From the NCBI GenBank assembly GCA_038823825.1, contig JAWBCC010000001.1, forward strand, positions 330,001 to 362,000: 32,000 bases of DNA, given 5' to 3'. Of this stretch, positions 19,146-28,189 are shown piece by piece (position 1 is the first letter of the stretch; every line of letters begins with the position of its first letter). Under the pieces are notes generated by a model. The model searched no databases. It worked only from the letters and a program-made list of their open reading frames with translations, and had not been told where the DNA came from. Source of the DNA: Candidatus Hadarchaeales archaeon (GTDB lineage Archaea > Hadarchaeota > Hadarchaeia > Hadarchaeales > Hadarchaeaceae). The position numbers and the translations under genes were made by a program.

Positions 19146-19217
19146 AGGAGAAGCGAATAGGAGATGACATGTCTTATTCTTTTTAAAGGAACTTTTTAAA
19201 GTGATTAAAGTGAGTCT

Positions 19218-21050
19218 GTGAATTCCCTCGTCAAGAGATCCGTCGTGCTGGTTCTTGTGACCGCTAGCGTTCTTGGGGGCGTTTACATCAGCAGACCCTC
19301 AGGAACTAAAAAACCATCACTCGAGAAATGGGAGAAGGTTTATTCTTTCGCAATCGACTGGGAAGAGATTTCGAATACACCGATACGCTGGAGCGATATC
19401 GGTCAGGAAGAAAAATCTTTTCTGACAGATCTTCAAAGAAGGTCCTTTCTTTACTTTTGGGAAAAAGCCGACCAGGTCACAGGGCTCGTTTATGACAGAG
19501 CAAGCAATCCCGATATTTCAAGCATCGCGGCCACAGGTTTCGGTCTTTCTGCAATATGTGTGGCAGAGGCAAACGGATGGATTTCCAAAGATGAAGCATA
19601 CCAACGTGTCTTGAGGATACTAAAGAATTTTGATCCCGATAAACCGAGCGTGGAAGGCAAAAACGGGTTTTTCTATCATTTTGTCAATGCACGAACAGGC
19701 CGGAGAGCTTGGATGAGTGAAATCTCCTCCATTGACACAGCAATACTCATCGCAGGGGCTCTCCATGCCGGACAACACTTTAAGGGAACCGAAATCGAGA
19801 GCCTTGCTAGCAGGATTTATAAAGCAGTCCAGTGGGACTGGATGCTTCTCAACAACGGACTTTTGAGTATGGGATGGACGCCCGAAGGTGGATTCCTTTC
19901 TCCAGCCTCCGGATATAGCGAGTATATCCTGGCATATATCTTAGCCTTGGGCTCGCCCACTCACTCGATTCCCCCAAAAAGCTGGGATACATGGACCAGT
20001 ACCTTCAGTTGGTATTCGCACGATGGCAGACGATTCCTGACACCGGGCGGCCGGACAATGCTGGCATACCTTTATCAGTTTCCGGCTTGCTGGATCGATT
20101 TCAGAAACATTCATGATGGAAAGGCAAACTATTGGTTAGAGGGAGTAGCCGCTTTAAAGGCAAATAGACTGTTTTGTTTGGAGGAATCTCGAGTTAACCG
20201 CTGGCCAGCTGTTTGGGGGTGGACAGCCTGTGATGGAATAAATGGTTATCTTGGTTTCAGAAATACTTTTGATGGAACTGTTGCTCCATCAGCGGTAGCC
20301 GCGGCCATCCCATTCATTCCTGAAAACGCAATCCTTGATCTGATGAGAATGTACTGGGAATATTCTGAGAAAATTTGGGGAGAGTACGGTTTTGTGAATG
20401 CGTTTAACCCTAGTCAAAACTGGTTCGATAATGACTATATAGGAATCGATCAAGGCAACACGGTTCTAATGCTTGAGGCCTTCAAAAGTGGATCAGTTTG
20501 GAAAGAGTTCATGAGTATACCTTATATTATCAACGCTTTGCGGAAGGCGGGTTTTGTTGAGGGATTTCACCATGACAGCGGAGGATTTGTGAAAGACTGG
20601 ATAGTGATAGGACCCTTTGGTTTGGGGGAGGCTGAAGCCTTCAATTCCGATTTTGTCGGAGAAACTTCATTATTGTTTTACAAATCTGGAGAGCGTATTG
20701 CGGGAAGAGAATGGGTCGAACATCACGCGCCATATGGCGATCCGGTGTCTAGGTTCATTGATTTTTGTCAAATTTTAGGGCCATATGAAGAAACGGGGGC
20801 TTACGCTTTTACGGTGATTTATTCGCCATCGAAGAAGACCGTGGAACTCAGGGTGGGAAGTGATGATTCTGTCAAGGTCTGGATAAATGGGAAACTTGTT
20901 CATTCTAATCGGGTTGCTAGGGCCGCCGCTCCGGATCAAGATATCATACCAGATATATGGCTTGAAGAGGGAACCAGCACAATATTGGTGAAAGTTTGCA
21001 ACAAAGCAGGCGGCTGGGGATTCTACTTAAGGATACTTGAAAAGAAATAA
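19218..21050 (+). CDS. Membrane-anchored GH144-type (PF10091 'Glycoamylase'-like) glycoside hydrolase with C-terminal beta-sandwich
   Basis: 610 aa; N-terminal hydrophobic anchor; FLYFWEKADQVTGLVYDRAS...SSIAATGFGLSAICVAEANGWIS...GKNGFFYHFVNARTGRR...EISSIDTAILIAGALHA...WDWMLLNNGLLSMGW; C-term VELRVGSDDSVKVWINGKLVHSNRVAR. Confidence 0.83.
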   Translation: MNSLVKRSVVLVLVTASVLGGVYISRPSGTKKPSLEKWEKVYSFAIDWEEISNTPIRWSDIGQEEKSFLTDLQRRSFLYFWEKADQVTGLVYDRASNPDISSIAATGFGLSAICVAEANGWISKDEAYQRVLRILKNFDPDKPSVEGKNGFFYHFVNARTGRRAWMSEISSIDTAILIAGALHAGQHFKGTEIESLASRIYKAVQWDWMLLNNGLLSMGWTPEGGFLSPASGYSEYILAYILALGSPTHSIPPKSWDTWTSTFSWYSHDGRRFLTPGGRTMLAYLYQFPACWIDFRNIHDGKANYWLEGVAALKANRLFCLEESRVNRWPAVWGWTACDGINGYLGFRNTFDGTVAPSAVAAAIPFIPENAILDLMRMYWEYSEKIWGEYGFVNAFNPSQNWFDNDYIGIDQGNTVLMLEAFKSGSVWKEFMSIPYIINALRKAGFVEGFHHDSGGFVKDWIVIGPFGLGEAEAFNSDFVGETSLLFYKSGERIAGREWVEHHAPYGDPVSRFIDFCQILGPYEETGAYAFTVIYSPSKKTVELRVGSDDSVKVWINGKLVHSNRVARAAAPDQDIIPDIWLEEGTSTILVKVCNKAGGWGFYLRILEKK

Positions 21051-21087
21051 AAAAGAAAAAAGAATGTGCCTCCGGGAATCTAGCCTT

Positions 21088-21936
21088 TTACTCAAATGCT
21101 ATCCAGTCTATCCAGAGCTTACCCTGAACAGGTCCCTCGAAGACTATGTTAATTTGTCTGATATCCTTCAGGTTCAGCGATCCGGCTTGTTGAACAAACT
21201 GCACAAGGGGTATCTCTATTACTTCCCATTCTGTTTTCGCAGTTCTGTGAACTTTTCCGTTGTGACTGTCAGTGGCCGTGTGGACGTCCGCATTTGTCAT
21301 TCTCTCGATATCCTCTGGCGCGCGTCCAAAAAGTTCTCGAGAAAGGTTCTCGATTGATTTTCCATATTTGCTCAACACAATGTCTCTATAAGCAGTGTTA
21401 TTTCTGAAGTTGTTGTCAGATATCTTAAACACCCGCGCCGCATTCTGGGCATTTGAAAACTGCAAAGTATCCTGAAGCTCAACTTTGAAACTCATCGCTT
21501 TGCTGGCCTTTACAGCCATCTTTAGCGTTGTATAGCCGCTGAGGTCATAACCGGATCCTATACTTACCAGAATCGGATCGGTAGAGATGTCTCCGGACTT
21601 TAGGAAACACCAGTAACCGCTCCACCCCCCCTGCGGAACATCGATTGTCATTTGAATAGCAAGACCAGTAGAGGTGGGCACGAAAGCACAGTACTCATTA
21701 CCGGGATCTGGCGGATACCCACCCATTGTTCCGACTGGAGTACCCAAGTTGGTTCCGAGCGATTCGTCATCGAAGTCGTCGAGAACGAGTGCCCCGGAAG
21801 GAATAGTTATTCCGCTTTCAACTTTTTCTTCTCTGCGAAGCAGTAAAACTGCTCCCACAATAACTATGAAAACCACGAGAACCACGATTCCCAGAAGCAC
21901 CTTGTTTTTCTTTAGGTTGACACTTGTCTCAGTCAT
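21088..21936 (-). CDS. Membrane-anchored carbohydrate-binding-like (CBM11/CIA30-like, galactose-binding fold) protein
   Basis: 282 aa; N-terminal TM (VLLGIVVLVVFIVIVGAVLLL) followed by LVLDDFDDES...LSGYTTLKMAVKASKAMSFKVEL...IPLVQFVQQAGSLNLKDIRQINIVFEGP..GKLWIDWIAFE. Confidence 0.62.
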   Translation of the reverse strand: MTETSVNLKKNKVLLGIVVLVVFIVIVGAVLLLRREEKVESGITIPSGALVLDDFDDESLGTNLGTPVGTMGGYPPDPGNEYCAFVPTSTGLAIQMTIDVPQGGWSGYWCFLKSGDISTDPILVSIGSGYDLSGYTTLKMAVKASKAMSFKVELQDTLQFSNAQNAARVFKISDNNFRNNTAYRDIVLSKYGKSIENLSRELFGRAPEDIERMTNADVHTATDSHNGKVHRTAKTEWEVIEIPLVQFVQQAGSLNLKDIRQINIVFEGPVQGKLWIDWIAFE

Positions 21937-22091
21937 TTTCTCTGGGAAAAACTCGCTTGGATTTCCATATATACATGCAGGATAAAAATCCTCGTTTTTC
22001 TAAATTTTCGCAAAGATTCGAATATATTAAAAGGAGAAAAACTCGGGGAAAACCAATTTATTTCTAATGAGGATACTCTTACAGGGTTAAA

Positions 22092-24932
22092 TTGAGATTG
22101 AAAAAAACCCTGCTGCTGATATGGCCGCTTTTTATTGTTTTAGTTGGGGTGCTTGTTTTACGTTTTTCTCACACGTCATCCGGGTATTACTTATACATTG
22201 TAGATCCACATGGGGACGATTACGGACCAGGAACGTATACCTATCCGGTAGACTTCACCTTCAGGCTGGAGAACTTTGGTAAGAGAGAAACTTTCGACGT
22301 GGTGGAGTTTAAGGTCTATGAAAAAAATGACAAGGAAATCGTCTTTGAGTATAGACTTGCACAACCTATTGTTGATCCTTGGGGCCTAAGCTCAAAGCCA
22401 TACCCGATCAGCGTACACGGAATCGACATCTACATAGACACGGGAAAGCCGGGAGGGCACACAGAAACGATATTTGATAAGACTGTGCCCGGAAATCTAG
22501 AAATGAACCCCTCCGGAACGATAAACGCAAAAATAAGTGAGGATGCCGCTTGGGAGTACGCGGTAAGAGCTCATGGCTGGGAGGTTGCTATCTTCAGAAA
22601 TCCGACTGGTGAAAATGGAGGGAAAATTAAAGTAGGTTCGCTCGAAGTGGATAAGGAAAAGGGAATTATACGTATTCTCATCCCAAACCGTATAACGGGA
22701 AGACCCAGCTCTGACTGGAAGATTGTCACGTACATTTTTGGCATAGACTACGGAAATGCTAGAGTTGTTAACGCTCACGCGTCCGCTTGGAATTTTGGTG
22801 GAGGTAGAGACGATAATTCAGATCCGAACATTATTGATCTCATAGTTCCACCGGGCACGACTCAGGAGGAAATCTTGAATTTCGAAAAAGGCGCTGTTTT
22901 TCTACCCGGTATCCCATTGACTTCGAAATCCTATACATCTCAGAAAGGCAGAATCATGGTTAAGCCGCTAGAAACCGGACTGAGTCCTGAAGAAATTCCT
23001 CCAATGGATAACATTCTCAATGAAATCGTCAGAAGAGGCATCATGTATTTCTGGGATTTCTCAGATAAAGAAACCGGTCTCGTTCGCGATACTACTAAGT
23101 ATCCGAATGATGAGTTTCCAGCAAGTGTAGCGGCGACAGGTTTCGGTCTGACATCCTTGATAATAGGAGCGCACAGAGGGTGGTTGGATAACCAACTTGT
23201 TTATGAACACATTTTGAGAACTCTAAGGAGTTTCAGGGATAACGTTGCCCAGCATAACGGCTTTTTCTATCACTTCGTTAGGATGTCAACGGGTGAACGC
23301 TGGGAACCAGCAAAACTCGGAAAACCGGGCGAATCTTCTGAACTCTCCTCCATAGATACAGCACTCTTTTTAGCTGGTGCTCTAACAGCGGCAGAATATT
23401 ACAAAGGAACAGAGGTAGAAGTCCTGGCCAAGGAAATCTATGAACGTGTCAGATGGGACTGGATGCTTGCAGACGATAATACTTTGTATCATGGATGGAC
23501 GCCAGAAAGAGGATTCCTCCCACACAAGTGGGAATATTATGCGGAGTCTATGATTCTCTACCTTCTGGCGATGGGTTCTCCCACGCATCCAATTCCTCCA
23601 AGCAGTTGGGATGCATGGGAGAGACCGTTGGCAAACATCGGAACTAGGAGGATGTACATAATGTCTCCGCCGGAAAGTCTCTTTACATACCAATATTCTC
23701 ACGCGTGGATAGACTTCAGAAACAAGCATGATAGGTATGCGGATTACTGGCAGAATTCTATCAACGCTATCTATAACAACAGGAATTTTGTAATCTGGGT
23801 AGCAATAAACAATCCTGGTAAATATAGCGCTTTCGGGGAGGATATTTGGGGACTAACTGCCGGAGATGCTCCGTGTGCAAAAACTGGCTATAAGAACTAC
23901 GGAGCATATCTGGGGGGATATGACGGAACCATTCATCCTTACGGCATGGTCGCTTCTCTCCCCTTTGTTCCGGAGCTTTCCATGCGCGGAATACAAGCGC
24001 TTCTCCAGAGGTATGGAAGAGAAATCTGGAGAGAATATGGATTCACTAGCGGTTTTAATCCAGACATTGATTGGTATTCCCGAGATTACACAGGGATCGA
24101 TGTCGGGATCCAAGTCATAATGGTGCAGAATTACTTGGACAATTTTGTTTGGAATCTTTTCATGAGAAATGATTATATTAAAAACGCCATACGCCTTGCT
24201 GGATTTGTTGAAGGAACACTGGAAAATGGCCGAGCTGTGACTGTAGAATACGAACAGAAATATCTCAAGCCGGTGGAAGTGAAGGAAACCATCGCTTCTA
24301 AAGCTCCACCAACTATAAAAATCGATGGTTTGTTGTCGGATTGGTCAGAAGCAACTTTCGAGACCGTGGGACCGCAAGACGTCGTTCTCGGGTCGATAAG
24401 GTCCGATATTGAAAACGTCAGGGGAAGGTTTGCTGCGGCATGGGACAAAAACTTCCTGTATCTAGCTTGTGATGTCACGGATACCATACTTGTCACAAAC
24501 ATAGAGCCAGATGATATTCACAGCCTATACCGTACCGATAGCATAGAGTTTTACATTCAGCCAGACAGATTCGTGCCTGGAGCTGCTGGAATTTTCAAAA
24601 TTGCGGCAATACCATTTGATACAAAAGGAAACCCGCAGGCATGTAGACATGAAGATGTCAATCCTGGACCGATATCTATGGTTGCTCCCGAGGTGAAGCT
24701 CGCATCAAGCAGAACTTCAAACGGTTATGTGATCGAAATCGCTATCCCCTGGAAATACCTTGGCCTGGAGCCTGCAGAGGGTGTGAAGATAGGGCTTAAT
24801 TTCACGATTCAAAATACGTACATCAGGGACGCGGAGCCCGGCGAATATGTAAGAACTGCCATGCTTTCTTGGATAAGGGTGCCGGTTGTCTGGGCGAGAC
24901 CATCAACATGGGGGGTGCTTACACTAACATAA
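22092..24932 (+). CDS. Membrane-anchored multidomain GH144-type hydrolase: glucodextranase-C-like domain + GH144-like + CBM9-like
   Basis: 946 aa from TTG; YIVDPHGDDYGPGTYTYPVDFTF (PF09985-like), MYFWDFSDKETGLVRDTT...SVAATGFGLTSLIIGAHRGWL...ELSSIDTALFLAGALTAAEYYKG...WDWMLADDNTLYHGWTPERGFLP (PF10091-like), IKIDGLLSDWSEATFETVG...AAWDKNFLYLACDVTD...TDSIEFYIQPD...GYVIEIAIPWKYLGL (CBM9-like). Confidence 0.85.
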   Translation: MRLKKTLLLIWPLFIVLVGVLVLRFSHTSSGYYLYIVDPHGDDYGPGTYTYPVDFTFRLENFGKRETFDVVEFKVYEKNDKEIVFEYRLAQPIVDPWGLSSKPYPISVHGIDIYIDTGKPGGHTETIFDKTVPGNLEMNPSGTINAKISEDAAWEYAVRAHGWEVAIFRNPTGENGGKIKVGSLEVDKEKGIIRILIPNRITGRPSSDWKIVTYIFGIDYGNARVVNAHASAWNFGGGRDDNSDPNIIDLIVPPGTTQEEILNFEKGAVFLPGIPLTSKSYTSQKGRIMVKPLETGLSPEEIPPMDNILNEIVRRGIMYFWDFSDKETGLVRDTTKYPNDEFPASVAATGFGLTSLIIGAHRGWLDNQLVYEHILRTLRSFRDNVAQHNGFFYHFVRMSTGERWEPAKLGKPGESSELSSIDTALFLAGALTAAEYYKGTEVEVLAKEIYERVRWDWMLADDNTLYHGWTPERGFLPHKWEYYAESMILYLLAMGSPTHPIPPSSWDAWERPLANIGTRRMYIMSPPESLFTYQYSHAWIDFRNKHDRYADYWQNSINAIYNNRNFVIWVAINNPGKYSAFGEDIWGLTAGDAPCAKTGYKNYGAYLGGYDGTIHPYGMVASLPFVPELSMRGIQALLQRYGREIWREYGFTSGFNPDIDWYSRDYTGIDVGIQVIMVQNYLDNFVWNLFMRNDYIKNAIRLAGFVEGTLENGRAVTVEYEQKYLKPVEVKETIASKAPPTIKIDGLLSDWSEATFETVGPQDVVLGSIRSDIENVRGRFAAAWDKNFLYLACDVTDTILVTNIEPDDIHSLYRTDSIEFYIQPDRFVPGAAGIFKIAAIPFDTKGNPQACRHEDVNPGPISMVAPEVKLASSRTSNGYVIEIAIPWKYLGLEPAEGVKIGLNFTIQNTYIRDAEPGEYVRTAMLSWIRVPVVWARPSTWGVLTLT

Positions 24933-24963
24933 GCAATAAAAATATCGCGAAAGAGGTGAGTAG

Positions 24964-26241
24964 GTGAATATGGATAACAGAGGGCTAAGCACGAAAATAA
25001 TTGCTGTGGGTATTGGTATCGTGATAATCATCGCCGCCCTTGTTGTGCTGATTCCCAGAGGTGAGAAAGAAAAGGAGTCTATAGTCGTTTATCATTACTG
25101 GACCGCTGGAGCAGACAAGCAAGCTGTTAGCATGCTTTCTCAGATGTTCGAGAATCGAACCGGGATTAAACCGAAAATGAACGCCTTTACAGGATATCAG
25201 GACAAGTTAAACCTAGTCATCGACACGAGCCCACCAGACGTCGCCGCCCATTGGTTTAACAATTTTTATGTTGGCTACGCACGCCGCGGATCTCTTTTGG
25301 ATCTAACGGATTTCTGGCAATCTGAAGGCTTAAATCAAATATTTCCAGAAAAAATTTCAAGACTTCTTGAGGTTGACGGAAAAAAGTATGGTGTCCCGCT
25401 GGACATTCACTGGGAAGGCGGAGTAGTCATTTATAATCTAAGAGTGCTGCGTGCTAAAGGGCTGAACGTTCCGACAACTTGGGGGGAGTTTGAGGCCTTG
25501 CTGGAAGCACTGAAGGCAAGCGGTGTGGAACATCCGATCGCGATGGGCTTCAAGGATGCTTGGCCCAGAGACATGGTCTTTACGGCGCTTCTTGCCTCGA
25601 TAGGCGGTGCAGATTTCTACATTGGACTAACAAGGGGAGAAAATCGATGGACGGACGCACCGGTTCAACAAGCTTTCGAGATCTATCGACAATGGTGTGA
25701 AAAAGGTTACTTCGATCCATCGGCTCCCGGATTAGACTGGCAGGAAGCCTTAAGCACTTTCATAAATGGAGAAACGGCGATTTACTTCATGGGCGATTGG
25801 GCTTGCGCGGCCCTCAAGCAGATAGGCTGGAAGCCCAACGTTGATTTCATCGCGGATTTCCTCCCATTCAAGAGCGGTGTTAGACCGATCGGTATTCCGG
25901 ACGTTGAAGGTTTCGTGATACCTTCTAAGGCGAAGAATGCACAAGCCGCAAAGGAATTCCTGAAATTTATCACGGATAAGAATGTTCAGATATCCTTTGC
26001 TTCTATAAAAGGTAGCTTCGCTCCGCACAAGGACGCGAGAGTTGAAGACTATGCAGACAGCGTTCAAATCGCTATGTGGAGAAAGGCCGAAAATTGGGAT
26101 TGGGCCCTACCGCTGATGTGGTACTATCCGCAGACTGTAAGAAATGTCTTCGGAGACAAAATGTATGAGATCTGGGCGAATCCAAGAACAGTTAACATCA
26201 CTCAAATTTGTGAGGCGATTCAAGCAGTTGTTGGGGGGTGA
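24964..26241 (+). CDS. Extracellular sugar-binding protein of ABC transporter (family 1, MalE/UgpB-like)
   Basis: 425 aa; N-terminal hydrophobic anchor (TKIIAVGIGIVIIIAALVVLIP), VVYHYWTAGADKQAVSMLSQMFENRTGIK, GKKYGVPLDIHWEGGVVIYNLRVLRAKGL, GETAIYFMGDWA. Confidence 0.92.
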   Translation: MNMDNRGLSTKIIAVGIGIVIIIAALVVLIPRGEKEKESIVVYHYWTAGADKQAVSMLSQMFENRTGIKPKMNAFTGYQDKLNLVIDTSPPDVAAHWFNNFYVGYARRGSLLDLTDFWQSEGLNQIFPEKISRLLEVDGKKYGVPLDIHWEGGVVIYNLRVLRAKGLNVPTTWGEFEALLEALKASGVEHPIAMGFKDAWPRDMVFTALLASIGGADFYIGLTRGENRWTDAPVQQAFEIYRQWCEKGYFDPSAPGLDWQEALSTFINGETAIYFMGDWACAALKQIGWKPNVDFIADFLPFKSGVRPIGIPDVEGFVIPSKAKNAQAAKEFLKFITDKNVQISFASIKGSFAPHKDARVEDYADSVQIAMWRKAENWDWALPLMWYYPQTVRNVFGDKMYEIWANPRTVNITQICEAIQAVVGG

Positions 26242-27356
26242 AAAAGTTCCCCTACGCTGGTAAAACCGGTAATGGGGAAGCCCGCCAAAGGTTAGAGGAG
26301 GAGTTCAGAGAAGAGGAAAAACCAGAAAAAACAGCCTTTCTCTTTCTTCTAATTCCACTGTTGTGCATAGGTTTCGTGATTTTCACGATAGTTTACCTTT
26401 TTGCGGCAAGTTTTACCTCAAACGGGGAATTTGTGGGACTCCAGAACTTTGTAAAGCTTTTCACAGAGGACCCATACTTCTGGCCAGCCCTATGGCACAA
26501 TCTTTTCTGGATGATCTGGGCTATTCTGATCCCGGTAGGACTCGGATTTATCCTAGCGTTTATCCTAAGCGCAGGGTTAAAGGGCGAAGGATTTTTCAAG
26601 GGCGTGATATACTTTCCAGCACTCCTGTCCGGAGCCACAATCGGAGTGATATGGAGCTGGTTTTTCCTCCCGAAAGATAACGGAGTTCTGAATTTTATCC
26701 TGAGCAAGCTCGGGCTGATGGGTTTAGCCAATCCCACTACTAAACTTTGGATAAACGATCCTTCCAGCCCAGTTCCATTTCTCTGGATAATAACTATTCC
26801 TGTGTTTGCGATTTCGGTCATGGTGATTTTGTTGTCATTCTTTCCGAAAGTATCCGATTTGTCGCTTGTTTTGATTGTCAGTTTATTCGGCATTGGGATT
26901 CCAGCGATCCTTTACAAGACTGGGGCAGTCTCCACCTCGCTGGTTTCAATCCTCATCGCATCAACTTGGGCGGGATCCGCGGTATCCATGGTTATGTTTC
27001 TGGCTGGAATGAGAGCAATCCCAAAAAGTGTTTTAGAAGCGGCAAAGGTCGACTGTGCTTCTTGGTTTCAGACACTTAGGCACGTCATCCTACCATATCT
27101 TCGTCCTGTTTTCACCATCCTCATTGTGCTCTCCGCGATAAGCTCCGTTAAGGCCTTTGACTTAGTCTACACACTTGCTGGGCAAGAGGGTGGAGCTGGG
27201 CACCACGCCGCAGATGTTCTAGCTCTTTACATCTATCGCAGCCTGAAGATAGGAAACTACGGATATGCGAGCGCCATAGGAGTTATCGGGATACTAGTTG
27301 CAATAGCGCCTGTTATCATCTACATTACTTTGATGAGGAGGAGGGAAGAAGAATGA
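26238..27356 (+). CDS. Sugar ABC transporter permease (MalF/UgpA-like)
   Basis: 372 aa; multiple TMs; EAA loop VLEAAKVDCASWFQTLRHVILPYLRP; GTG start overlapping the upstream stop. Confidence 0.92.
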   Translation: MKKFPYAGKTGNGEARQRLEEEFREEEKPEKTAFLFLLIPLLCIGFVIFTIVYLFAASFTSNGEFVGLQNFVKLFTEDPYFWPALWHNLFWMIWAILIPVGLGFILAFILSAGLKGEGFFKGVIYFPALLSGATIGVIWSWFFLPKDNGVLNFILSKLGLMGLANPTTKLWINDPSSPVPFLWIITIPVFAISVMVILLSFFPKVSDLSLVLIVSLFGIGIPAILYKTGAVSTSLVSILIASTWAGSAVSMVMFLAGMRAIPKSVLEAAKVDCASWFQTLRHVILPYLRPVFTILIVLSAISSVKAFDLVYTLAGQEGGAGHHAADVLALYIYRSLKIGNYGYASAIGVIGILVAIAPVIIYITLMRRREEE

Positions 27357-28189
27357 GTGAAAAGAGCACAAAGATTCTTTATGTGATTGTTTTTTTCATA
27401 TGCATTATATGGGTCTTGCCGCTCATCACCGTGATATTCGCATCATTCAAACCGGAGGTGGAGATAAGGACGGGTAATCCTCTCTATCCGCCTACGGATC
27501 CAACTACTAGCAATTACTCAGATGCTCTTTATGAGGGAAGCCCGCCGCTCCTTACCGCTTTCAAAAACACTCTGATAATAACGACCCCTGCTGTGCTCGG
27601 TTCAGTCTTTTTGGGCGCTCTAGCGGCGTATCCTTTAGCAAGGCTGAAATTTAAAGGAAGCACGACAGTATACCTTTTGTTACTCTTCGGGATGATGTTT
27701 CCATTTCAATTGGTAATGGTTCCGGTTTTCAAGGCTGCAGATTTCCTCGGTCTTTACGAGACGACCACCGGAAACTATCTGGCGGTGATAGGCACGCATA
27801 TCATCTTTGGTGTGCCTTTCTGCGCTTTTATTCTTAGAAACTTCTTCAAAACTGTGCCCAGATCTCTCCAGGATGCCGCAATGATCGACGGATGTTCTCA
27901 TTTCTCATTTTTCTTCAGAATTCTTCTTCCCCTCTCTCTGCCAGCCTTGGCTGTCATATCTCTCCTGCAGTTCACAGGAATCTATAACGATATGCTGTGG
28001 GCGCTGGTTTTGATGAGGTATACCGACACATACCCTGTTGCGACAACTCTAGCCAGCTTATCAACAACGGCCGGCGTGCCGTATGGGCTTCTCTGTGCGG
28101 CAGGCTTTTTGGCAGTCCTCCCCACGCTAATCCTTTTCATACTGTTGCAAAGATATTTCATACAGGGGTTGGCCGCGGTAGGTCAGTAA
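27353..28189 (+). CDS. Sugar ABC transporter permease (MalG/UgpE-like)
   Basis: 278 aa; EAA loop LQDAAMIDGCSHFSFFFRILLPLSLPALAV. Confidence 0.93.
   Translation: MSEKSTKILYVIVFFICIIWVLPLITVIFASFKPEVEIRTGNPLYPPTDPTTSNYSDALYEGSPPLLTAFKNTLIITTPAVLGSVFLGALAAYPLARLKFKGSTTVYLLLLFGMMFPFQLVMVPVFKAADFLGLYETTTGNYLAVIGTHIIFGVPFCAFILRNFFKTVPRSLQDAAMIDGCSHFSFFFRILLPLSLPALAVISLLQFTGIYNDMLWALVLMRYTDTYPVATTLASLSTTAGVPYGLLCAAGFLAVLPTLILFILLQRYFIQGLAAVGQ

Noticed and set aside
21980-21991. GGATAAAAATCC hairpin-like sequence upstream of the CBM-like gene
   Set aside because: Only 4-bp arms in an A/T-rich promoter; this is expected by chance and more likely part of promoter sequence.
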